Origin: Verrucomicrobiota bacterium
Lineage (GTDB): Bacteria > Verrucomicrobiota > Verrucomicrobiia > Verrucomicrobiales > Akkermansiaceae
Assembly (NCBI GenBank): GCA_037142115.1
Contig: JBAXBG010000001.1
Coordinates: 931-64,930, forward strand
Direction of reading: 5' to 3'
DNA: 64,000 nt
This document shows, in pieces, positions 1 to 8,148 of this stretch. The notes under the pieces were generated by a model that saw only the letters and a program-made list of their open reading frames with translations, was not told the DNA's origin and made no database searches. Within the stretch, counting starts at the first letter, position 1, and each line of letters starts with the position of its first letter. The position numbers were made by a program, and so were the translations under genes.

Positions 1-1
1 T

Positions 2-166
2 CTGGCCGCCGGCCGCGGCCTCTGGCTCCACGTCGTCCGCGGCACCGCCACCCTGGCGGGAACCGTCCTGCATCCGGGCGACGCCGCCTCGCTCGAACAA
101 CCGGCGCAGGTCGAAATCCACGCCGGTCCTGACGGCCTTGAGGCCCTGCTCTTTGATCTCATCTGA
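2..166 (+). CDS. pirin-like protein, C-terminal fragment (5' end lies outside the window)
   Basis: Frame is open from the window edge to TGA at 164-166. The translation ...LWLHVVRGTATLAGTVLHPGDAASLEQPAQVEIHAGPDGLEALLFDLI resembles the C-terminal cupin segment of pirin/YhhW-type proteins. Confidence 0.45.
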   Translation: MAAGRGLWLHVVRGTATLAGTVLHPGDAASLEQPAQVEIHAGPDGLEALLFDLI

Positions 167-195
167 ATAACACAACAACACACACTAACAACACC

Positions 196-825
196 ATGAA
201 AGCCAAATCCCTGATCCTTGTTTCCGCCGGTTCACTGCTGTTCGCCGCCTGCGACAACCCCGCCGACAAAACCACCAAGGCCACCGTCGGTGAGGCCGTC
301 GCCGTTGCCGCCCCCGCCACCGCCGTAGCAGGCACGAAATACGTCCTCACCGCCAACTCCGAAATCCTGTTCGTCGGCTCCAAGGTTACCGGCAGCCACC
401 ATGGCGGTTTCAAGACCTTCACCGGCTCCTTCACCGTGGCCGACAACGCCCTGGTCGGCACCGGCCAGAAGATCGTCATCGACATGAACTCGCTGTGGAC
501 CGACACCGACAAGCTCACCGGCCACCTCAAGAGCGAGGACTTCTTCAATGTGGCGAAGTATCCCCAATCCTCGTTCGAGCTGACCGCGCTCAAGCCCGCC
601 ACCGCGGGCAGCTTCGAGGTCTCGGGCAATCTAACAATCAACGCCGCCAGCAAGAACATCACCTTCCCCGCCAGCGTCAGCGTGGCCGAAGGCAAGTCGA
701 AGATTGACGCCAAGTTCAACATCAACCGCAAGGACTTCGGCATCGTCTATGCCGGCAAGGCCGACGACCTGATTCGCAACGAAGTGGTCATCGAGCTCAA
801 ACTCGAGGCCGCCCCCGAACACTGA
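196..825 (+). CDS. YceI-like lipid/polyisoprenoid-binding lipoprotein
   Basis: ATG start with a lipoprotein-type signal (LLFAAC). YceI-like pattern FVGSKVTGSHHGGFKTFTGSF...NRKDFGI over the full 209 aa. Confidence 0.9.
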   Translation: MKAKSLILVSAGSLLFAACDNPADKTTKATVGEAVAVAAPATAVAGTKYVLTANSEILFVGSKVTGSHHGGFKTFTGSFTVADNALVGTGQKIVIDMNSLWTDTDKLTGHLKSEDFFNVAKYPQSSFELTALKPATAGSFEVSGNLTINAASKNITFPASVSVAEGKSKIDAKFNINRKDFGIVYAGKADDLIRNEVVIELKLEAAPEH

Positions 826-1149
826 TCCCCGACGCAAAAATCAACATCACTGTCATCGAACCGCAGGTCACCATCCCCATGGCCCACGAAATCATCCGCC
901 CGGATGGATCGTTTGCCGACGAGAACGTCTGGGGGACTCGCTTTCCGAGTCCGCATGGTGCCACCTGATGCGGGGTGTCCAAATGGGGGGTGGCCACGAG
1001 CGCGGCCGGAAGTGTTGCGCTGCGCGGCGAAATTCCGGGTGGAAACTCCTTGGCAAGGCGGGCCGGGATGCTAGGTTAGCGCGCCCCGTCTCCGTCGGCG
1101 GGTTCCCCGAGGAACCATCCCCCATGACCCCAGCCCCCCACACCATCCA

Positions 1150-4100
1150 ATGAGCGCCGCGTCGGTCAGTCCGAATGCGGCAATCCTGCGCACGGTCTGG
1201 GAGGTTTGTCCGGCCGCCATCGTGGTGACGGATCCCTGCGGTTGCATCGAGTATGTCAACCCCGCCTTCGAGAAGGACAGCGGCTACAGCGCCGCCGAGG
1301 TCACGGGAGCCAACCCGCGCATTCTGAACGCCGGGACGCAGGCCCCGGAAGTATACGCCGCGCTCTGGCAAACGATCGCGTCGGGCAAGACCTGGAGCGG
1401 GCGGCTGCACAACCGCCGCAAGGACGGCACTCTGTATTGGGAACGCTCGACCATTTCCCCGCTCTGCGACCCTCAGGGCAACATCCTCCGCTATGTGGCC
1501 GTGAAGGAAAATGTGGCGGGCGAGCAGTTGCTCGAACTCAGCGAGTCGCGCTTCCGCAGCTACTTTGAGCTGCCGCTGCATGGCCGCTGTGTCACCTCGC
1601 CCGAAAAAGGCTGGCTGGAGGTCAATGAACGACTCTGCTCGATGCTCGGCTATACCCGGGCAGAAATTGTCCGCCTGACCTGGGCGGAAATGACCCACCC
1701 GGATGACCTGGCGGCCGACGTCGCGCAATTTGATCGCATGATCGCCGGTGAAATCGAGCAGTACAAGCTGGAAAAACGCTTCTTCCGGAAGGACGGCACG
1801 ACGATCTGGACCGCAATCTCGGTGGGCTGCGTCCGCGCGACTGATGGCAGCGTGGACCATCTGGTTTGCGTGCTCGACGACATTACCGAGTTCAAGCAAT
1901 TGGATGAGGATCTGCGCGAGCGGGAGCGGTTGTTGCGCGAAAGCTGCACTCGATACGATGACCTGGTGCGGCGCCTGCCGGTCGGGATCTCCACCATGCG
2001 CGTGCACGTCAACGGGACGACCAGCTTCGAGTATGTCAACGACACGTTCTCTGAGATGCTCGGCCTGGACCCGCGGCAGGCACCGCACACCGCCGCGGCC
2101 GTTTACGGTGCCGTTCATCCCGAGGATCTCGCCGTGCTGGTTGACGCCCGGCGGCGCGCCCTGCACACCTTCAGCCCGTTTGCTTGGGAAGGTCGCACCC
2201 TGGGAGCAACGCGCTGGCTGCGCCTCGAATCCGCGCCGGTGGCCCAGCCGAGTGGCGACATCCTGTGGCACGGGGTGCTCATCGAAATCACCCGCCGCAA
2301 AGTGGACCAGGAGCGCATCGTGCGCTTGTCGATGCTTTATGCGGCGCTGAGCAAGTGCAGCCAGGCGGTGATGCACTCCACGAACGCGGTCGAATTGCTG
2401 CAGGCCGTATGTCGGATTGTGGTGGAGCATGGCGGCATGAAGCTGGCATGGATCGGAATGGTGGATGCGGCGAGCGGCAAGGTTCGATCGGTGGTCGATT
2501 ACGGCCCAGGCCGCGGGTATTTGTCGGGGCTTGAGGTTTTGGTGGATGCGTCCGACCCGCTGGGGCGCGGGCCGACGGGCACGGCGATCCGCGAGGGAAT
2601 CCCCTGCTGGTGCCATGACTTTCCCAACGATCCGCGCACCGCGCACTGCCATGAGCGTGGGGCACGCTATGGCTGGCAATGCACCGCCGCGATTCCCTTG
2701 CGTTCCAGTGGCAAAATCACCGGGGCGCTGACCCTCTACAGCGATATCGCCGACGTGTTTGACGAGGAGGTCCGTGAGTTGATGGTCGAAATGGGCGACA
2801 CGATCAACTTTGCCTTGGACCACTTCGCGGATGAAGACCAGCGCAAAAAGGTCGAGGCGGAACTGAGAATTCTGCGCATTGCCGTCGAGCAAACCGCCAA
2901 CAGCATTGTCATCACCGACCCCGAGGGGAACATCGAATATGCCAATCCCGCCTTTGAAAAATCCACCGGCTATTTGCGCGCCGAGGTGCTTGGCCGGAAT
3001 CCCAGATTTCTTCATTCCGGCGAGCAAAGCGCCTCGCATTACCAGCAACTCTGGTCGAGCATCACCTCCGGCGAGATCTGGCGGGGGCAGTTTCACAACC
3101 AGCGCAAGGACGGCTCGCTCTATTGGGAATCTGCGATCATCTCGCCGGTCAGCAACAAGCAGGGGCGGATTGTTCATTTTGTTGCCATCAAGGATGACAT
3201 CACCGAGCGCAAAGCCTTGGAAGCCAGCCTCAACCAAGCGCTCATAGCCGCGGAATCCGGGGCGCGCGTGAAGAGCGAGTTTCTGGCGGTGATGAGCCAC
3301 GAACTGCGCACCCCGCTCAACGGCGTGCTCGGTTTTGCGGAGTTACTCTCCTACACCCCACTCGACGAGGAACAAGCCGAGCACGTGGAGACCATCCGCC
3401 ACAGCGGCAACCACCTCCTGAGCATCGTCGATGACATCCTCGATTTCTCCAGCCTTGAAAAAGACGCGCTGGCAATCCACGCAGAACCGTTTCCCGTCTC
3501 TCAACTGGTGAAGTTTTCCGAGGACACCATCTGCAACTCCATCACGCTCAAAGGGCTGGAGTTCCGCTGCCAAGTTGCCGACAGCGTCCCGGAGCAGATC
3601 CTCGGCGACGAACGCCGGATCGGACAAATCCTCATCAATCTGCTCGGTAACGCCGTCAAATTCACCGCCAGCGGCTTGGTCACCTTACGCATTGCGACCA
3701 TCACCGATGACGACCGGCAGTTCCTGGATTTTTCCATTGAAGACACCGGCTTTGGGATTTCTCCCGAAACGCTCCAACGACTCTTCAAGCCGTTCACCCA
3801 GGCGGACTCGACGCATAGCCGGGCGTTCGGAGGCACAGGTCTTGGCCTGGCAATCTCCAAGCGCCTGGCCGAAGCCATGGGCGGCCAAATCACGGTGGCC
3901 TCCACTCCGGGAACCGGCAGCACCTTCAGCTTTCGCTTGCCGCTGCCAGGAACGCGCCCGGCTTCTGTGCAAACCCACGCGCCAGCCCCCGGAATTCCCG
4001 AACTCATCGCGCCCGCGGGTGATCTGGTGCTCGTGGTCGAAGATGACCCGGTCAACCGCAACCTGGCCGGAAAAATGCTACAGAGCCTCGGCTACCGCGT

Positions 4101-4416
4101 CGAGTTCGCCGCCAATGGTGCCGAGGCGGTCGAAACCTTCGCCCCGGAAAAATATTCCGCCATTTTAATGGACATTCAGATGCCGGTGATGAACGGACTG
4201 GAAGCCGCCCGCAACATCCGCGAGCGCGAATCCGCTTCCCACGTGCAGATCATTGCGCTCACTGCCAACGTGATGCCCGGCGACCGCGAGCGCTACCTGG
4301 CTGGCGACATGGATGAGTTTCTCTCCAAGCCCTTCAAACGCGATGAACTCGCGGCCATACTCAAGCGGTTGATCGGCAGGGAACCCACGGACGGGTGCGG
4401 GAAGGCCAGTAACTGA
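1150..4416 (+). CDS. hybrid sensor histidine kinase (PAS-PAS-PAS-GAF-PAS-HisKA-HATPase-REC)
   Basis: Four PAS/PAC-like segments (NPAFEK..GY...NPR(I/F)L...RKDG.LYWE) and a GAF-like region. H-box SHELRTPLN, G2 box GTGLGLAISKRL, and a receiver domain (VVEDDPVNR...MDIQMPVMNG...SKPF). Confidence 0.95.
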   Translation: MSAASVSPNAAILRTVWEVCPAAIVVTDPCGCIEYVNPAFEKDSGYSAAEVTGANPRILNAGTQAPEVYAALWQTIASGKTWSGRLHNRRKDGTLYWERSTISPLCDPQGNILRYVAVKENVAGEQLLELSESRFRSYFELPLHGRCVTSPEKGWLEVNERLCSMLGYTRAEIVRLTWAEMTHPDDLAADVAQFDRMIAGEIEQYKLEKRFFRKDGTTIWTAISVGCVRATDGSVDHLVCVLDDITEFKQLDEDLRERERLLRESCTRYDDLVRRLPVGISTMRVHVNGTTSFEYVNDTFSEMLGLDPRQAPHTAAAVYGAVHPEDLAVLVDARRRALHTFSPFAWEGRTLGATRWLRLESAPVAQPSGDILWHGVLIEITRRKVDQERIVRLSMLYAALSKCSQAVMHSTNAVELLQAVCRIVVEHGGMKLAWIGMVDAASGKVRSVVDYGPGRGYLSGLEVLVDASDPLGRGPTGTAIREGIPCWCHDFPNDPRTAHCHERGARYGWQCTAAIPLRSSGKITGALTLYSDIADVFDEEVRELMVEMGDTINFALDHFADEDQRKKVEAELRILRIAVEQTANSIVITDPEGNIEYANPAFEKSTGYLRAEVLGRNPRFLHSGEQSASHYQQLWSSITSGEIWRGQFHNQRKDGSLYWESAIISPVSNKQGRIVHFVAIKDDITERKALEASLNQALIAAESGARVKSEFLAVMSHELRTPLNGVLGFAELLSYTPLDEEQAEHVETIRHSGNHLLSIVDDILDFSSLEKDALAIHAEPFPVSQLVKFSEDTICNSITLKGLEFRCQVADSVPEQILGDERRIGQILINLLGNAVKFTASGLVTLRIATITDDDRQFLDFSIEDTGFGISPETLQRLFKPFTQADSTHSRAFGGTGLGLAISKRLAEAMGGQITVASTPGTGSTFSFRLPLPGTRPASVQTHAPAPGIPELIAPAGDLVLVVEDDPVNRNLAGKMLQSLGYRVEFAANGAEAVETFAPEKYSAILMDIQMPVMNGLEAARNIRERESASHVQIIALTANVMPGDRERYLAGDMDEFLSKPFKRDELAAILKRLIGREPTDGCGKASN

Positions 4417-4543
4417 ATGAAGACAACACCGCCAAGGAAGATCAAGTTTTTCGTTAGTAAATCCACCTTGGTGACAACCGGGCGATTTTGGCGGTTCATC
4501 ACCCTGTTGCGTGGGAGAGTCACTGCGGTTGGCAGATGACCAG

Positions 4544-4642
4544 CTAGGTTTTCCCAACCTGGCGGGCGCCCCGCAAAATCAAGGGCTTCCGCCGCGCGTC
4601 CGCCTGCCACGCCCGCAAATCCTCATACTCCGTTCGTTTCAT
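4544..4642 (-). pseudogene. remnant of an AAA_14/DUF4143-type ATPase gene (N-terminal 32 codons, stop directly after Walker A)
   Basis: The minus-strand ATG at 4642 translates to MKRTEYEDLRAWQADARRKPLILRGARQVGKT followed by TAG. This is the typical N-terminus plus P-loop of that ATPase family. The downstream frame decays (LVICQPQ*). Confidence 0.5.
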
Positions 4643-4933
4643 GGCTGAAACATGAAATAAACGGGTTGTTTTGCAAGCGATATCAGAATAAGAACAGGTT
4701 GTTTTTTCAGCGCGCAGGCATTGTCGGCGAGAGGCCGAATGGGTCAGGATTCACGCGACTTCATATGAAATATCCGCACCGACTCGCGGGGCGCTCCTCT
4801 GCAATGTGTTTGGGATCGCTCCCAGGACATTTGACTCGTGTGGAAAGTGGATGCGTAAGCTCGGGGGGCACTTTTGCGCTGGCGGCCACGGTGTATTGCT
4901 GCTCCTTATGTTCCATTGAGCTGATTTGACGCC

Positions 4934-5506
4934 ATGGATATTCCAGAACCGCCGCATTCATCCACGGTTGCCACCGCGCCGGAGGAGTTGTTGGTCATGG
5001 TCTATGACGAACTGCGCCGGGTGGCCGCCAGCCAGATGGCGCGCGGCGGCGCGGGGGGGCATACCTTGCAGCCCACGGCGCTGGTCCACGAGGCCTGGAT
5101 GCGTCTGACCACGAAAAACGCGGACTATTGGAACGACCGCGCGCATTTCTTCCGCACCGCCGCGGTGGCCATGCGGCGCATTCTGGTGGACCGGGCACGC
5201 GAAAAAAACAGCCTCAAGCGTGGCGGCTCCGGGATGGATCCGCAAGTGCCCGGCGATAGCCTGGACGGCTTCGACCCCGAGTCGCGCATCCTGCTGATGG
5301 ATGAGTGCCTGGCGCAGATGGAACAGGACCACCCGGACTGCGCCAAGGTCATCCAGCTGAAGTTTTTCGCCGGCCTCAGCAACCAGGAGACGGCGGCCCT
5401 GCTCGGCTCCAGCCTGCGCACCGTCGAGCGCCAGTGGGCCTTCGCGCGGTCCAAGCTCTATCAGATGATCCGCGCCCGCGAACAGGGCACCGCCCCCGAG
5501 CCATGA
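4934..5506 (+). CDS. ECF-type RNA polymerase sigma factor (kinase-associated TIGR02999-like type)
   Basis: VYDELRRVAASQMARGG.GHTLQPTALVHEAWMRL is the hallmark region-2 segment of this ECF group. Region 4 has an HTH (SNQETAALLGSSLRTVERQW). The stop overlaps the next gene's ATG (ATGA). Confidence 0.9.
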   Translation: MDIPEPPHSSTVATAPEELLVMVYDELRRVAASQMARGGAGGHTLQPTALVHEAWMRLTTKNADYWNDRAHFFRTAAVAMRRILVDRAREKNSLKRGGSGMDPQVPGDSLDGFDPESRILLMDECLAQMEQDHPDCAKVIQLKFFAGLSNQETAALLGSSLRTVERQWAFARSKLYQMIRAREQGTAPEP

Positions 5507-7674
5507 GTCTGCCCGCCGACATCGAGATCACGGTGTTCGACGCCGCGCGCCAGATCGAAGACCCGGTCTTGCGCCGCGCCTTCCTCGACTGGACCTTCCG
5601 CGACTCCCCTGACGAGGGCGCGCGGATGAAGGACTTGCTCGCCGCAGAATCCGAGGCCTGCTCATTTTTTAATGAGGCCGCCGCCACCCGCACCAGTCTC
5701 GCCGGGGAGATCCTCGAACTCGGCCGCGTGACCTTAACCCCGGACGATTCCGCAATGCCTGGCACCCTGGAGTTTCCGGAGTTAATCGCCGGGCGCTTCC
5801 GGATCCTCGGTCGGCTCGGGGAGGGCGGTGGCGGGCTGGTCTTGCGCGCCGAGCAGACCGAACCGGTCCGGCGCAAGGTCGCCATCAAGTTGCTGCGCGC
5901 CGACATGGACACCGGAGCCTTCGTGGCCGCCTTCCAACGCGAGCGCCAGGCCCTGGCGATGATGAACCACCCGAACATCGCTGGCATCATCGACGCCGGG
6001 TCAACCGACAGCGGCACGCCGTATTTGGTCATGGAACTGGTGGAAGGCCAGCGCATCACCCGCTTCTGCGACGAGCGGCGGGCCTCGTTGCGGGAGCGGA
6101 TCGGGTTGTTCCAGCAGGTCTGCTCGGCGATCCAACATGCCCACCAGAAAGGCCTGATCCACCGCGATATCAAGCCGTCTAACATCCTGGTCTCGACCGC
6201 CGACTCGCCGCCGCGCCCTCAAGTCATCGACTTCGGCATCGCTGCGGCAATCGCGGAGGGCAACGCCACCAGCCCGCTTCCCGCCGGCACCCCGCCCTAC
6301 ATGAGCCCGGAACAGCGCAACTCCAGCGAGACCGATGTGGACACGCGCGCCGACATTTTCAGCCTGGGCGTCCTGCTTTATGAACTTCTGGTCGGCGAGT
6401 TGCCGTGGAGCCCGGGCTCGATGCCCGCCGCCATCCGCCCGCCGTCCGAACACCTCGCCACCCTCGACCCCGCGCGCCTCGCTGAGCTCGCCCGGTGCCG
6501 CCAGATCTCCGCCGCCAGCTTGGTGGCGGCCTTGCGCGGCGACCTCGACGCCATCATCCGCAAGGCCACCGCAGCCGATCGCCAGCACCGCTACGACAGC
6601 GTCGCCGGCCTGGCGATGGACCTCCAGCGCCACCTCGACATCCAGCCGGTGCTCGCCCACCCGCCGGGAAAATCCTACTTCCTGAGGAAATTCGCACGCC
6701 GCAACCGCCTCGCCTGCCTGTCCGGCGCGGCGGTTCTCACCGCCATCGTCGTCGGGGCCGTGCTGGTGATCAGCTCGCTCATCCGCGAGCGCAAGGCCCT
6801 GCGGGTTGCCGAGACCGCCCGCGCCGCGGCCGCCAGAATGCTCGTGCAATCCGCAGCGCGTGAAGTCGTCGCGCAAGTGGCCATCCTCCTCAGCCAGAAC
6901 CGGATCGAGGACGCCGATGCCCTACTGCTGCGCAACCCGCTGGCTGGTGTCGAGCCGTCGTTGGAAGCCACGCACGTGTTCCGCTTTCTCGGCGAGCGCA
7001 ATGCCCTGCTCGGGCGCTGGCCGCAGGCCGCTGAATGTTTTGTCCGGCTGATGCAGGCGAACCGTTTGGTTCCCGCGCAGGAGGTTGCCGAGGGCATGGA
7101 CCTGCTGTTTGCCGCGCCCGCCACCCTCGAGGCCGGCGACGCGGCGGCCTACGACGCGCTGCGCCAGGAAATGCTCGCCCGCCTGCCCGCGACCGACCAT
7201 CTGCCCTCCGCCGAGCACCTGGTGAAGATGTCCCTGCTCACTCCTGCCAGCCCGGCCACCTTCAGTTCGCTCCGGCCGCTGGCCCGGCTGTTGCGCGAGA
7301 ACATCGACAGCGAGGCCAAGGTGGTCGCAGGCTTCCGCCCGTGGATCGCGCTGGCGCTGGCCCTGTTTGACTACCGCGACCGCAACTACGATGGGGCCTT
7401 GGAATGGTGCCGGAAAGCCGAGGCCATGCCGGTCAAGTTGGATTCCCGCAACGCCAGTCTCAAGCTCATCGCCGCGATGGCCCATCATCGCCTCGGGCGG
7501 GTGAATGAAGCGCGCCGCGAGTTCGGGGATGCCTCGCGGATGATTCAGAACGTGTCTTCCCGGGTCATCGTCCTTACCGTGGAGGACTACAATTCCACCC
7601 AAGGCTCGTGGTATGCTTGGTCCGTGGCAAGGATCCTGGAGCGTGAGGCGAGATCCCTGCTGGTAAAGCCCTGA
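5503..7674 (+). CDS. Ser/Thr protein kinase with a transmembrane helix and a C-terminal TPR-like sensor domain
   Basis: Hanks kinase motifs GEGGGGLV, VAIKLL, HRDIKPSNIL, DFGIA and GTPPYMSPEQ. TM segment LSGAAVLTAIVVGAVLVISSLI. The start at 5503 (MSLPADIE) was chosen over the longer ORF start at 5305, which overlaps the sigma gene. Confidence 0.9.
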   Translation: MSLPADIEITVFDAARQIEDPVLRRAFLDWTFRDSPDEGARMKDLLAAESEACSFFNEAAATRTSLAGEILELGRVTLTPDDSAMPGTLEFPELIAGRFRILGRLGEGGGGLVLRAEQTEPVRRKVAIKLLRADMDTGAFVAAFQRERQALAMMNHPNIAGIIDAGSTDSGTPYLVMELVEGQRITRFCDERRASLRERIGLFQQVCSAIQHAHQKGLIHRDIKPSNILVSTADSPPRPQVIDFGIAAAIAEGNATSPLPAGTPPYMSPEQRNSSETDVDTRADIFSLGVLLYELLVGELPWSPGSMPAAIRPPSEHLATLDPARLAELARCRQISAASLVAALRGDLDAIIRKATAADRQHRYDSVAGLAMDLQRHLDIQPVLAHPPGKSYFLRKFARRNRLACLSGAAVLTAIVVGAVLVISSLIRERKALRVAETARAAAARMLVQSAAREVVAQVAILLSQNRIEDADALLLRNPLAGVEPSLEATHVFRFLGERNALLGRWPQAAECFVRLMQANRLVPAQEVAEGMDLLFAAPATLEAGDAAAYDALRQEMLARLPATDHLPSAEHLVKMSLLTPASPATFSSLRPLARLLRENIDSEAKVVAGFRPWIALALALFDYRDRNYDGALEWCRKAEAMPVKLDSRNASLKLIAAMAHHRLGRVNEARREFGDASRMIQNVSSRVIVLTVEDYNSTQGSWYAWSVARILEREARSLLVKP

Positions 7675-7713
7675 TGCCGCATCAACTGGGGCTCAACGGT
7701 CATGGAGGGAACT

Positions 7714-7815
7714 CATACTCCCCCAGAACGCCGCTTCCAGCGTAGGTAAAGACCGCCTGAAGGCGGTACTACATACCTCCCCGAGCACGTCGCTTCCAGC
7801 GTAGGTAGTCCCGCC
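7714..7815. repeat. two ~44-bp direct repeats (59-bp period) with an embedded GC hairpin; REP-like
   Basis: The exact 17-mer cgcttccagcgtaggta occurs at 7732-7748 and 7791-7807 with similar flanks (catac(t/c)cccc.ag.acg). Hairpin ACCGCC-tgaa-GGCGGT at 7752-7767. Confidence 0.65.
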
Positions 7816-8148
7816 TTCCGCCGGACTCTGAATCCACCCAGCCCGGCCCAAAGCCGCTCGTGGTCAACGCCATGCAGGCCAGCCCCTCAATTGATGCCGC
7901 TCCCGAAAAAAAGTTGGCGGGTTTTGCGGGTGGGATCCCGTTATTAGGTTGAAACGTCGAATTGTGCCCGCTTCGCGGCTCGTCCGAACTCCGCATCCGC
8001 AGCCCATGTCATAGCCCTTTCACCACCCTGCCTGCGACCCGCTCACGTGCAACCTCCCGCGTTTTTCCACCCATCGTCCCAGACTTTCACTCTTTCAACT
8101 GGCCATCAAATAATCCCGCAGTAGTTATTGGCAACCTCTCGACCTACC

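Noticed and set aside
879-968. 29-aa ORF (MAHEIIRPDGSFADENVWGTRFPSPHGAT) in the YceI-kinase intergenic region. Its frame stays open upstream (…KINITVIEPQVTIP).
   Set aside because: It is too short, has no recognisable homology, and has no start codon for the longer open frame. It may be a gene remnant, but that cannot be supported from sequence alone.
892-3300. 802-aa ORF antisense to the histidine kinase. Similar long antisense ORFs occur at 11275-12126, 15557-16915, 19023-20330, 40219-41649, 45014-46033, 47278-48417, 53096-54673, 55022-56986 and 61766-63010.
   Set aside because: These are typical stop-codon-poor shadow frames of GC-rich DNA. The translations are Arg/Gly/Ala/Pro-rich and of low complexity with no family motifs. 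The opposite strand carries clear, motif-rich genes in every case.
5305-5502. Upstream extension of the kinase ORF. Analogous extensions occur at 39621-40493, 52574-52636, 62649-63008, 44963-45007 and 59271-59321.
   Set aside because: The extensions overlap the preceding genes or lack coding character. Internal ATGs give native-looking N-termini and, for 5503, a 4-nt ATGA coupling.
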